The notes under the pieces are model-generated. The model ran no database searches, was not told the DNA's origin, and saw only the letters and a program-made list of their open reading frames with translations. Position numbers and translations under genes: made by a program. DNA of 24,431 bases from a virus (lineage: Duplodnaviria > Caudoviricetes): positions 1 through 24,431 of the IMG/VR virus record IMGVR_UViG_3300034993_000015; one strand, written 5' to 3'. Below, piece after piece: positions 9,505-17,412 of this stretch (its first letter is position 1; the number at the start of each line of letters is the position of its first letter).

Positions 9505-10596
9505 TTACCAAGCACTCCAAAGTGGGCCCCAATCAAAGCCTTGATTTCCTGTCCACATATTCCCGCCGGGGAAGTCGATCCCTCGGAAGCGGATGAAATC
9601 GGGTGTTACATCATTGATCGTCAGGCCTTCATTCCCATCAGCCTTTCGTGCTTCGACGATGTCCTGATTTGCTACCTCTACTAGTGAATTAGCAAGCGCT
9701 TTATCACCGGTAAGCGCCATAGCCAAGCCCGCCGCTAGGAGCGAGACATAGGCATCACGGAACAGATCATCCCACACGTTCACATTGGTGACCTGTTTGA
9801 TGTAACTCAGAACAGCGCTCTCCTGATTGGTAAGAATCACACGCTGATCGACCCTAAAATTCCCCCAGGTCAGTGAGAAGGTAGCGCCAGTGCCGGCACC
9901 ATCGGTAAGTCCAACCCCCTGGTCCGCAGTCTGTTTAGCAAAATAACTCCCGGCATATGGAGGCGCTGACTGTCCTCTCACCTGCGAAGTCAACACTGCC
10001 GCTATAATAACACCGCCCGGTCCTACGTTTGAAATCAACATATCCGCAGGGGCACCTATCGGGGCCTCATCGGTAGGGCCAGATTCAAGCCGAATGAAAT
10101 CGTTGATAGCGTAGCCAGTCCCACCATCAACAACAGTCACAGAAGTAGCGGGGTAGAATTGATCCACGGCCACGTTGTACTTCACAGGCGGACCTTGCCA
10201 GAATGCGGCAGCGCCACCAGTCACAGCCGTGGTGATGGGAATGCCTCCACCAAACCCGGTCTGAAATGCTGGGACGATGAAGCAAGGACGCATACAATCG
10301 ACAGGGTATTGATACTCGTAAATCCAAGGTGGCGCAGGTTGTCCAGGTTGCCATAGAGCGGTGGCCGGGGACGTATTCTCAGGTGTCCCCGGCGCAGCAC
10401 TAATCAATGCCATGTTTAGAAAGGACCTAGCGCAGTTCCACGGAGCCATCCGCAGGAGCTTGTCACGAATTTCTGTGATGATCAGGTTTGCTTGAATGGC
10501 TTCGTTCGAGAAGTCATTATCAAGGTCGCTCTGATTAACAGTCGTCCGTGTGCCGAGCTTCTGCAGGGCTTGATTAACTAGGTCCACATATTCCAT
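9505..10596 (-). CDS. Tail tubular protein A (adaptor, T7 gp11-like) with internal insertion
   Basis: 363 aa with VDLVNQALQKLG...RDKLLRMAPWNCA...WIYEYQYPVDC...WDDLFRDAYVSLLA...ARKADGNEG. Lies immediately upstream of tubular B. Confidence 0.85.
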   Translation of the reverse strand: MEYVDLVNQALQKLGTRTTVNQSDLDNDFSNEAIQANLIITEIRDKLLRMAPWNCARSFLNMALISAAPGTPENTSPATALWQPGQPAPPWIYEYQYPVDCMRPCFIVPAFQTGFGGGIPITTAVTGGAAAFWQGPPVKYNVAVDQFYPATSVTVVDGGTGYAINDFIRLESGPTDEAPIGAPADMLISNVGPGGVIIAAVLTSQVRGQSAPPYAGSYFAKQTADQGVGLTDGAGTGATFSLTWGNFRVDQRVILTNQESAVLSYIKQVTNVNVWDDLFRDAYVSLLAAGLAMALTGDKALANSLVEVANQDIVEARKADGNEGLTINDVTPDFIRFRGIDFPGGNMWTGNQGFDWGPLWSAW

Positions 10597-10599
10597 GGA

Positions 10600-10749
10600 T
10601 CAGCCCTTCTGCTGAGTTCCGCAGTTGCCGTGATTCGTACCGTGAATCCCTGGCGTCTTTGGATCGTTGATGCCGATGGGGCCGGTTGGCGGTGAATACG
10701 GAAGAGGCTTCACTTCCGGTTTGCCGCCGCCGCTGGTTGGTGCAGTCAT
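10600..10749 (-). CDS. Small hypothetical protein (49 aa, Pro/Gly-rich)
   Basis: Below the track cutoff. Translated manually as MTAPTSGGGKPEVKPLPYSPPTGPIGINDPKTPGIHGTNHGNCGTQQKG*. TGATG overlap with the upstream ORF, AGGAGA RBS, and it fills the gap to tubular A. Confidence 0.7.
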   Translation of the reverse strand: MTAPTSGGGKPEVKPLPYSPPTGPIGINDPKTPGIHGTNHGNCGTQQKG

Positions 10750-11069
10750 CAGATTCTCCTGTCAACTTCGGGTTCGAACTTCTCTCGCTCAGATTGTGGA
10801 TCGAAGGGGACAGCTTGTGGCGATCCCTTCGGAGTGATCGGCACCTTCTCCCCCGATGGCTTTTCTACCATCGAATTCGAAGGACCGGCAGGGGGAGTAA
10901 TGATCTTCGCCCTCTTCTCAACTTCAGTGATGTCATCGACCATCGCCTGAAGTTCCAGCTGAGCAAGACCAAGAATCTTATGATAGATCGGCCCATGCTG
11001 ACCAGCCTGTACGATGATGTCCATAAGCATCTTCGCACGGTAGAAATCAAAGTTTTTCAAGTCTTTCAT
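10749..11069 (-). CDS. Hypothetical protein (106 aa)
   Basis: ATGA overlap with the upstream ORF, GAGGAG RBS, co-oriented in the operon. Confidence 0.7.
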   Translation of the reverse strand: MKDLKNFDFYRAKMLMDIIVQAGQHGPIYHKILGLAQLELQAMVDDITEVEKRAKIITPPAGPSNSMVEKPSGEKVPITPKGSPQAVPFDPQSEREKFEPEVDRRI

Positions 11070-11287
11070 TTCTTCTCCTCTACCTGTTTCTTCAAGGCCT
11101 CAAGTTCCCCCTTCAGGCGCTGAGCTTCCGCAGCGAACTTGTTTGCCTGTTCGTACAGGCTCGCTGATTCGGCGATACATGCCGAAATGGTTTGCTTGAA
11201 GTAGTCCGCCTGTGTCGGTGGGGCGGGTTGCTGAGCCATCGCCACGGACGGAAGCATAAGTAGACCCACGATTAGTTTCTTCATCAT
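11066..11287 (-). CDS. Small secreted coiled-coil protein (Sec signal peptide)
   Basis: MMKKLIVGLLMLPSVAMA|QQPAPPTQ... has a basic N-region, hydrophobic core and AxA cleavage site. The C-terminal half is a heptad-like helix. GAGGA RBS. Confidence 0.75.
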   Translation of the reverse strand: MMKKLIVGLLMLPSVAMAQQPAPPTQADYFKQTISACIAESASLYEQANKFAAEAQRLKGELEALKKQVEEKK

Positions 11288-11290
11288 TCC

Positions 11291-14200
11291 TCACAAGATG
11301 TTGTTAGAGACTACCTTATTCACACCAGCACCACCGTCGGAGATGGTGCCTACAGTGTTCCCACGAAGCCTGGCCAGCGATACGATGTAGTTGTCGCTCG
11401 TCCCGGCAACAATGTTGATGCCGTATTGGGAGTTGCCAGTGAACCCCCCACACGTCCCAAAGCATCCGCCTGAGATAGTGAAGTCGTTTACGTTAGCACC
11501 AACAACAACCCCATAGCGGTTCTGTGCGCCGATGGAATCAGTTAGCTCAAACCCGTTAGTTACTCCGTAGAAGGAGAAGCCGTCTAGAGTGTTGTTGCTG
11601 GCGCTACAGCGGTTACAGGCGATGCCTTGAACCGATCCTGAACTAACGTCTTCAACATATAACCCATATGCTGAATGAGAGTTCATCGTAACTGAATTCA
11701 GATTAACTCGAACTACGGTGCCAGACCCTGTCGGTCGGATCACAACGCCGGAAGTGGAGCTATCGAAGTACGAATTGATGACCTCAATAAGCCCTGTCGT
11801 GCCGGAGGATGGAGTGATGTTGAGGCAATTCCCGCACCTAATAAGGTTCAGGTTGCTCATCAATATCCCGCCACCATTGGCGATCAGGTCGATCCCCATA
11901 GCTGGCTGGTTGGCCAAATTGACCGTGCCGGAGTAGAGGTTGTCGAAGACACAGCCAAACTCACAAGCCGTGGCCTGTCTCCCAACCACCACATACTTCG
12001 CGCCCGACAAGGCCGTCGTTTGATCCATCTCAAACGCAGCATCACGGATCATCGTGGCTTGGTCGGAAACGTCGATGCAGTAGAAGCACTTCTTATACGC
12101 GGTCCGGTGGATATACCCTTGATGGGCAGTTGATTCGATGAACCCGTTGTTGGTCCGTGTGGTGGAGGAAGTGAAACCCAGGTCACGGATCAGATAGTGG
12201 GTGCCGATGCCTGCGGGGGCAGTGATGTCGATGATAGCGCCGGTGCCGGACGTGGTGGAGAGAACCGACTGAGTAGGCCCATCGCCGATGAAGCACGGAG
12301 AGTATCCAGGGCCGCGGCCGGTATGCACACCGCTCTGTGATCCGCTGGTGTTAACAGCAGAGCCACCAACGGTAGCGGAGAAGCGGAAGGAGTTCGCACC
12401 AAGACCGGCAGAGATGATGTAGTAGGTCGTCCCTGCGGTCACACCTGTAGGAAGTGCGCCTGTGGTAGTGAAGGTAATTGAATTCCCTGCGGTGAAACCA
12501 TGCGCCGTCCATGTAACCACAGCCGGGCTGGCGATGGTCATTGTGACGGTGGCTTGGTTCGGGTTGGTCGCTGTTACCGCGGTGAGGGCGGTGACACTGT
12601 ACGATGGGTTGGAAGCGGGGAAGTAGACACACTTGTTCAGGCTCACAGCGGTGGCAAGAACACCGTTAATCGCCGATGTGTCGTTGGTTGATCCGTTGCC
12701 TGTGGCGCCACCGTCAGTTTTGACGTTGAGCCAGGCAACTGCACCGCCGGTGACTGTGTTCCATGTTAATGTACCGCCAGCCGCTGAGGTAAGGACTTGG
12801 CCGGTGGTACCTGAAGATGATGGAAGAACGAAGTCGTAAGAAGTCACAGAAGCTGGTACAGTAATACCAACAGCGCCAGAAGTTAAGGCATTGAAAGTAA
12901 TACGACCAGCAGCACTAGCATTTGTCCCAAGTACAGGTGTCTGGGAGAAGAAGGAAAGTCCGCCAAAGCCGATCAGGACAGAATTATCCACTCGGGTCGG
13001 AAAGGAGAGGATACCCGTCGTAGCACCAATCGCTAAACCACTATCAGCAGAGACACTAGAGACGAGGGTGCCGGTGGTGTTGGGAAGCAATAGAACAGCG
13101 CCGGTGGTGACTGTTTGTGGCCCAAGTACAGTACCACCGCCACCACCATTCGATTGGAAGGTGATGAATCCCTGTGTAACACCAGTCACACCAAGCGTAG
13201 GTGTGGCGGTGAACGCGGCAGGGGTACCACCAAGAACAGTACCAGCTGCACCAGTGATAGACACGGCGCCGGTGGTAGCGCTGACCGCCATAGGCGAGGT
13301 AGCATTGGAGACAAGCGTGCCGGTAGTGTTGGGCAGGGTTAAGGTAGGCGTACCTGCCGCAGCTTGCGGGGTGATAATAGCTCCGCCACTGGTAGCTCCA
13401 GCCAGAGTGAGCGTACCAGTGGCGGTCCCAGCCAGACCCAACGTGGGTGTCCGGGTAAAGCTGGGGACTGCCGAAGCGTTACCTGTAAGAATTCCGCCGG
13501 CTAAGTTTGTGAGCCCACCGACCGTCGTGGCCGCTGTATAGATCGCCAACTGATCGACGGACGCAGCGGAAACTGTGCCTCCGCCGCCGCCAACCGTGCA
13601 CGCGCCACCTGCCGCAACAAGATTTCCGCTGGCGTCAATCGAGACGCAATCGCCGTTGGTTTCGGCACCACTGAAGCTGGCGACCTTCGTCGTGTTGCCT
13701 GATACAGCAACAACAGATTGACTTCCGATTGAGAAGGCATTACCAGTTCCTGCGGTGTCGAAGGTTTTGTTGGTGAAGGTGTCGGTGGTTGCTTTGCCGA
13801 CAAGGGTATCGGTAGCGGCTGGAACGGAGAGAGTAACAGAGCCAAGCGCACCAGCAACAGCTTGAAGGGTAATTGATCCGCTGGTGGCGTTAGCAAATGC
13901 CAGCTGCCCAGCTGTGGCGCCAGCTACGCCAAGGGTAAGCTTAGGACTGACCCAAGTCAAATTTACAGATGCACCAAACGCAGCGGCATTGTTGAACTGA
14001 ACCTCGGTGTTGTTACCTGCGGGCGAAGCTGATCCACAAACCGCACCGGCATCGACAAGGTTGCCGGAGGCATCAGCTTCGATACAATTGCCTGAGGTAA
14101 GCGCGCCGCTGGCGGTGGCGAACAGGGTTGTATTACCTGTCTTTGTTCCTACCGATACCGCGCTAGCGCCAGCACCGATAAGTGGCGCATTAGCGGTGAA

Positions 14201-14710
14201 AGTAGTCGCGCCTGTTCCACCATTACCAACAGGCAGCGTCCCCGTCACCATCGTGGCAAGGTTGACCGAGATGTTGGTGTCGCTAGCTGCGGTGATCAGG
14301 CCTTTGGCATTGACGGTGAATGTCGCTACCGCCGTTGCTGAACCGAAACTTCCTACGTTAGCGTTAACCGTAGCAAGCGTAGTAGCGGTAGCTCCCGGTC
14401 CGGTACCAGTGACATCGCCGGTGAGGGACGTAATCGCCGAGCCAGCGATACATGATATAACGCCAGTATTGGTTAACGTACAATCGCCAGACATAGTCCG
14501 GGCTTGCGCCACGTTCGAAGCGTTCCCAACGAATATCTGTGCCGAAGGGAGAGCCGATCCCGACCCTCCAACTGCTGTTTGAACAAACGCCGTGCTTGCG
14601 CAGGTGTTGTTGTTAGTCCCTGGGGCTTGTGTGGGGCACTGAACTTGCTGTGCCTCAACAGGGCTCCACAAACCAAACAGGAGTGGGAGAGCTAGGAGAA
14701 GCTTCTTCAT
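11291..14710 (-). CDS. Fibre/tailspike-like protein with N-terminal signal peptide, repeat shaft and C-terminal pectate-lyase-like beta-helix (1139 aa)
   Basis: Start reassigned to ATG 14710 (ATGA overlap with the stop at 14707), giving MKKLLLALPLLFGLWSPVEA|QQVQC. G/T/A/S-rich repeats follow. WLNVKTDGGATGNGSTNDTSAING...CVYFPA is the N-terminal cap motif of pectate_lyase_3-type beta-helices and is followed by N/G-rich beta-helix rungs. Confidence 0.8.
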   Translation of the reverse strand: MKKLLLALPLLFGLWSPVEAQQVQCPTQAPGTNNNTCASTAFVQTAVGGSGSALPSAQIFVGNASNVAQARTMSGDCTLTNTGVISCIAGSAITSLTGDVTGTGPGATATTLATVNANVGSFGSATAVATFTVNAKGLITAASDTNISVNLATMVTGTLPVGNGGTGATTFTANAPLIGAGASAVSVGTKTGNTTLFATASGALTSGNCIEADASGNLVDAGAVCGSASPAGNNTEVQFNNAAAFGASVNLTWVSPKLTLGVAGATAGQLAFANATSGSITLQAVAGALGSVTLSVPAATDTLVGKATTDTFTNKTFDTAGTGNAFSIGSQSVVAVSGNTTKVASFSGAETNGDCVSIDASGNLVAAGGACTVGGGGGTVSAASVDQLAIYTAATTVGGLTNLAGGILTGNASAVPSFTRTPTLGLAGTATGTLTLAGATSGGAIITPQAAAGTPTLTLPNTTGTLVSNATSPMAVSATTGAVSITGAAGTVLGGTPAAFTATPTLGVTGVTQGFITFQSNGGGGGTVLGPQTVTTGAVLLLPNTTGTLVSSVSADSGLAIGATTGILSFPTRVDNSVLIGFGGLSFFSQTPVLGTNASAAGRITFNALTSGAVGITVPASVTSYDFVLPSSSGTTGQVLTSAAGGTLTWNTVTGGAVAWLNVKTDGGATGNGSTNDTSAINGVLATAVSLNKCVYFPASNPSYSVTALTAVTATNPNQATVTMTIASPAVVTWTAHGFTAGNSITFTTTGALPTGVTAGTTYYIISAGLGANSFRFSATVGGSAVNTSGSQSGVHTGRGPGYSPCFIGDGPTQSVLSTTSGTGAIIDITAPAGIGTHYLIRDLGFTSSTTRTNNGFIESTAHQGYIHRTAYKKCFYCIDVSDQATMIRDAAFEMDQTTALSGAKYVVVGRQATACEFGCVFDNLYSGTVNLANQPAMGIDLIANGGGILMSNLNLIRCGNCLNITPSSGTTGLIEVINSYFDSSTSGVVIRPTGSGTVVRVNLNSVTMNSHSAYGLYVEDVSSGSVQGIACNRCSASNNTLDGFSFYGVTNGFELTDSIGAQNRYGVVVGANVNDFTISGGCFGTCGGFTGNSQYGINIVAGTSDNYIVSLARLRGNTVGTISDGGAGVNKVVSNNIL

Positions 14711-15093
14711 ATGTTCGAATCCATGATGGTAAGTGGACAACCTTCAGCAGGGAAGCCAGAGAAGGAGACAGCATGCCATTGCTGCTGGCACTCTCCTTCA
14801 ACCGTGAGGGTGCCGCCATCAGCATAAACCAAGAAGGCGCCCTCACGATTAGTCTCGTCGAAGTTATTCGTAACGTAGACGTTTACCGGGTTTCCATCGC
14901 CGTCTAAAGCAACCCGGAACCGCAAACCCACGAGGCAGTTGACCGTCCCTGGATTGTGAAACACCAACCTCCTACGGGAAGGATTCAACGGAGCCACGAT
15001 CTGAAGACCAGAGTTCAGCGCAGTACGATAAAGCCGTCCTCCCGCCGCCAATGAATAGGCTTGTGCCCCTCCCGAAATGGAGATGATGCTCAT
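14707..15093 (-). CDS. Small beta-rich putative virion/decoration protein (128 aa)
   Basis: Contains IVAPLNPSRRRLVFHNPGTVNCLVG...GAFLVYADGGTL and resembles the ORF at 16514-16945. Coupled to neighbours by TAATG and ATGA. Confidence 0.6.
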   Translation of the reverse strand: MSIISISGGAQAYSLAAGGRLYRTALNSGLQIVAPLNPSRRRLVFHNPGTVNCLVGLRFRVALDGDGNPVNVYVTNNFDETNREGAFLVYADGGTLTVEGECQQQWHAVSFSGFPAEGCPLTIMDSNI

Positions 15094-15605
15094 TAGACTC
15101 TCCGATCTTTCTTCTCGGACAGCTGTTCGAGCCGCTGAGTGAGCAAGGCGTTCTGCTGAGCCAGCTGCTCCATCTGTTCCTGCAACTTATCAAGGGTACC
15201 GGAATCAACACCCTTCAACGATGTAGCCTGCTTTCCACCACCTTCGACGATCTTGGCTTCCAACTGGCGCCAGATTTGGCTGGCATAGTCACCTTCCAAC
15301 GAGTCGATCGGATGGACCCACAGGTGGCGATGCTTTTCAGTGATCGCTGCCGCCTCGTCGTCGAGTGGTTCCATATCCGGAGTGGGAGGACCGGTGAATT
15401 CAATATCCCTACCAGTGATCCGACCCTGCGCGACGATGATACCTTCAGGTGTATTCCAGTCATTAGGATCTTCAGGATTGAGATAGAGCGGCACAGCAAA
15501 GGTCTTCTTCGCCTGCCGTCCAGTATCGCGATTCGTTTCCTTGAACTCAATCTCCGTTCCCGGGACGGGAAGGTAGTGTGCCGTTTTCAAAAGCCAACGT
15601 GCCAT
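15093..15605 (-). CDS. Hypothetical phage protein (170 aa) with C-terminal coiled coil
   Basis: AGGAGAG RBS, co-oriented, C-terminal LDKLQEQMEQLAQQNALLTQRLEQL. Confidence 0.7.
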   Translation of the reverse strand: MARWLLKTAHYLPVPGTEIEFKETNRDTGRQAKKTFAVPLYLNPEDPNDWNTPEGIIVAQGRITGRDIEFTGPPTPDMEPLDDEAAAITEKHRHLWVHPIDSLEGDYASQIWRQLEAKIVEGGGKQATSLKGVDSGTLDKLQEQMEQLAQQNALLTQRLEQLSEKKDRRV

Positions 15606-15623
15606 TCTTCTCTCCTGTTGTAG

Positions 15624-16514
15624 TTATCCAATTCTCCAATTCGTCCCGTCGCTGTAGACAGGGACGCCATTCGCGCCACCACCAGCAACAACTGATGCGA
15701 ACGTAGTCGCGGTAGCATCGGTGACGAATGAACGGGCTCCTGCACCAACGGTACCAGCGGCTATAAGGTTTGTGACCGTCTTAGGTGTTGATATAGTATA
15801 TCCGTCAAAGACGTTGAGCGAATCATCGCCAGCGCTATGGATATTCTCACTGATCACAGAGCCGACGCCAGTTTGGTCGTCAACCCAGAGGCCATAACAG
15901 TTGGTAACAAGCTGCCCACTACCCCACGATAAGGCATAGAACCCGTACATGTTGGTGGCGCCGCCACTCGCGCCGTCAACGTATGGGCGGGACATGAAAC
16001 CGTGCAGGTTGCCTATAAGACCAGCACCGTAATGATCAAACGACGCTAGAATGCCATAGCCGTTGTTAATGTTTCCACTACCGTAGCTGTTACAGTACAT
16101 ATTGAAGATTGGGATATTATCGAAAATCCCGGTACTGTCTGAGTTGATCGCCACGTTAACGTCAAGGGGAGAACCTGAGATACCGTCAGCGGTTGCTTTA
16201 ATACCTAGCGAAATGGCTAGGCCGACTGGTGCTACCGCGGACGTGACGATGTACTCATTGATAAGAAGAGGAGTGATAATAGCAGATGAAGTCTCATTAA
16301 CTGGATCGCCAGGAGCAAAAACAATTGTACCAAGTGTGGCGAAGTTGCCTAATGCGGTATCTTGAGAGTTGGTTAAACCATCACCGGCAACCCATGTAAG
16401 ATCAGAATCACCGCCAAAAGCACCGGCGTCGTTGTATTGTATCTCAGTGTTGGCACCGCCTGGGGTACCGCTACCGCCACCACCTGGAGGGTAGGAGAAG
16501 AGTTGCCTAGCCAT
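15624..16514 (-). CDS. Putative fibre (head or tail) protein (296 aa)
   Basis: N-terminal PGGANTEIQYNDAGAFGGDSDLTW fibre motif, central (T)NxYG repeats, and C-terminal GAGARSFVTDATATTFASVVAGGGANGVPVYSDGTNWRIG, a module I recognise from phage fibre termini. Confidence 0.65.
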   Translation of the reverse strand: MARQLFSYPPGGGGSGTPGGANTEIQYNDAGAFGGDSDLTWVAGDGLTNSQDTALGNFATLGTIVFAPGDPVNETSSAIITPLLINEYIVTSAVAPVGLAISLGIKATADGISGSPLDVNVAINSDSTGIFDNIPIFNMYCNSYGSGNINNGYGILASFDHYGAGLIGNLHGFMSRPYVDGASGGATNMYGFYALSWGSGQLVTNCYGLWVDDQTGVGSVISENIHSAGDDSLNVFDGYTISTPKTVTNLIAAGTVGAGARSFVTDATATTFASVVAGGGANGVPVYSDGTNWRIG

Positions 16515-16945
16515 TAGTTATAACTTTCGATGTAGGAGACAACCTGAGAGCCGGCGCCAGTGATACCAAACACAGCCGCAGTTGTGGGGATGGTCACAGC
16601 GGCGCCCTTGAACCCAGCGAGGAGAACGCCGGTGCCGATGGCTACACCGGAATTGCCAAGCCAGATATCTGTGGTGCCGCCATTTACGATGGTCACATCG
16701 CCACGTGTAGCTCGGGCGGCAACAATTTCAACGCCACCAGCTGTGGTATTGACAGTCTCCTGGCCTGTGGCGATATTGGGGTAGCCAGTCGGACTCTCCG
16801 GAGGCCCGCCGCCACCACTACTAAGGACGTTAATCGACCCGTCGGAATTAACCACCAACGGAGTCATCGTCGTCGGAGCAGCTATATCGTCCGGCCCAAA
16901 GATAGACTGCCACAGGCCTTTATAAATATCGAACATGCCAGCCAT
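16514..16945 (-). CDS. Small beta-rich putative virion/decoration protein (143 aa)
   Basis: Contains EIVAARATRGDVTIVNGGTTDIWLGNSGVAIGTGVLL. TAATG coupling on both sides. Confidence 0.6.
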   Translation of the reverse strand: MAGMFDIYKGLWQSIFGPDDIAAPTTMTPLVVNSDGSINVLSSGGGGPPESPTGYPNIATGQETVNTTAGGVEIVAARATRGDVTIVNGGTTDIWLGNSGVAIGTGVLLAGFKGAAVTIPTTAAVFGITGAGSQVVSYIESYN

Positions 16946-17412
16946 TAGAGCCTCGCCTTCAGCGCTGCAAGGGACGCTTCGATTTCATTGTGGCGCCGGA
17001 GTTTCTTATCGACCTCAGTTTCAAGCGAAGCCAAGTATGCTTTGGCTTCCTTGATCTTATCGTTGATCTTATCCAACTCACCCTGGGTATTATTCAGATT
17101 GCGGGCGATAATTTCGTCCGCCTCAGCCCTGGCACTGTCTAAGATATCCCTGGCCTGTTTGTTCGCCTCTGTAAGAGCCTTGGAAGTGTTATTGCGAGAT
17201 TCAATTAGTCGGGCCCTAGCTTCTTCAGCCTCAGCCTTAGCTTTATCCATCTCAGTAACCGCCTGCTGGCGAGCAGCTTCGGCCTTGTTCAGTTCCTCAG
17301 CTTTCTCCCAAAGCATGCGATCGATGCGCTCGAGTTCATCGACCTTCAGGCATATATCCGCAAGGGCCATAACCACAGGCCGCAACTTGTCAACGGTTTC
17401 ACGGAGTTCCAT
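16945..17412 (-). CDS. Coiled-coil protein (155 aa)
   Basis: Almost entirely A/E/K/L heptads. AAGGA RBS, 14-nt overlap with the ligase-like gene. Confidence 0.7.
   Translation of the reverse strand: MELRETVDKLRPVVMALADICLKVDELERIDRMLWEKAEELNKAEAARQQAVTEMDKAKAEAEEARARLIESRNNTSKALTEANKQARDILDSARAEADEIIARNLNNTQGELDKINDKIKEAKAYLASLETEVDKKLRRHNEIEASLAALKARL

Noticed and set aside
12891-14582. Long plus-strand Val/Pro/Ala-rich ORFs (216 aa, 191 aa), and likewise 4361-5167, 16988-17803, 18670-19359 and 19984-20838
   Set aside because: These are antisense mirrors caused by codon bias of the real minus-strand genes.
14711-14740. Upstream start (14740) for the large fibre
   Set aside because: ATG 14710 forms an ATGA overlap, has an upstream GGA, and exposes a canonical MKK signal peptide.
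11291-16514. Diversity-generating retroelement as in BPP-1 (mtd VR/TR, reverse transcriptase)
   Set aside because: No reverse transcriptase, Avd or adenine-mismatched ~100-bp repeat pair was seen by eye in this window. It cannot be excluded elsewhere in the genome.
16945-17412. DivIVA, ATP synthase b or i-spanin identity for the coiled-coil protein
   Set aside because: The resemblance is only generic heptad composition, with no transmembrane anchor or family-specific motif.
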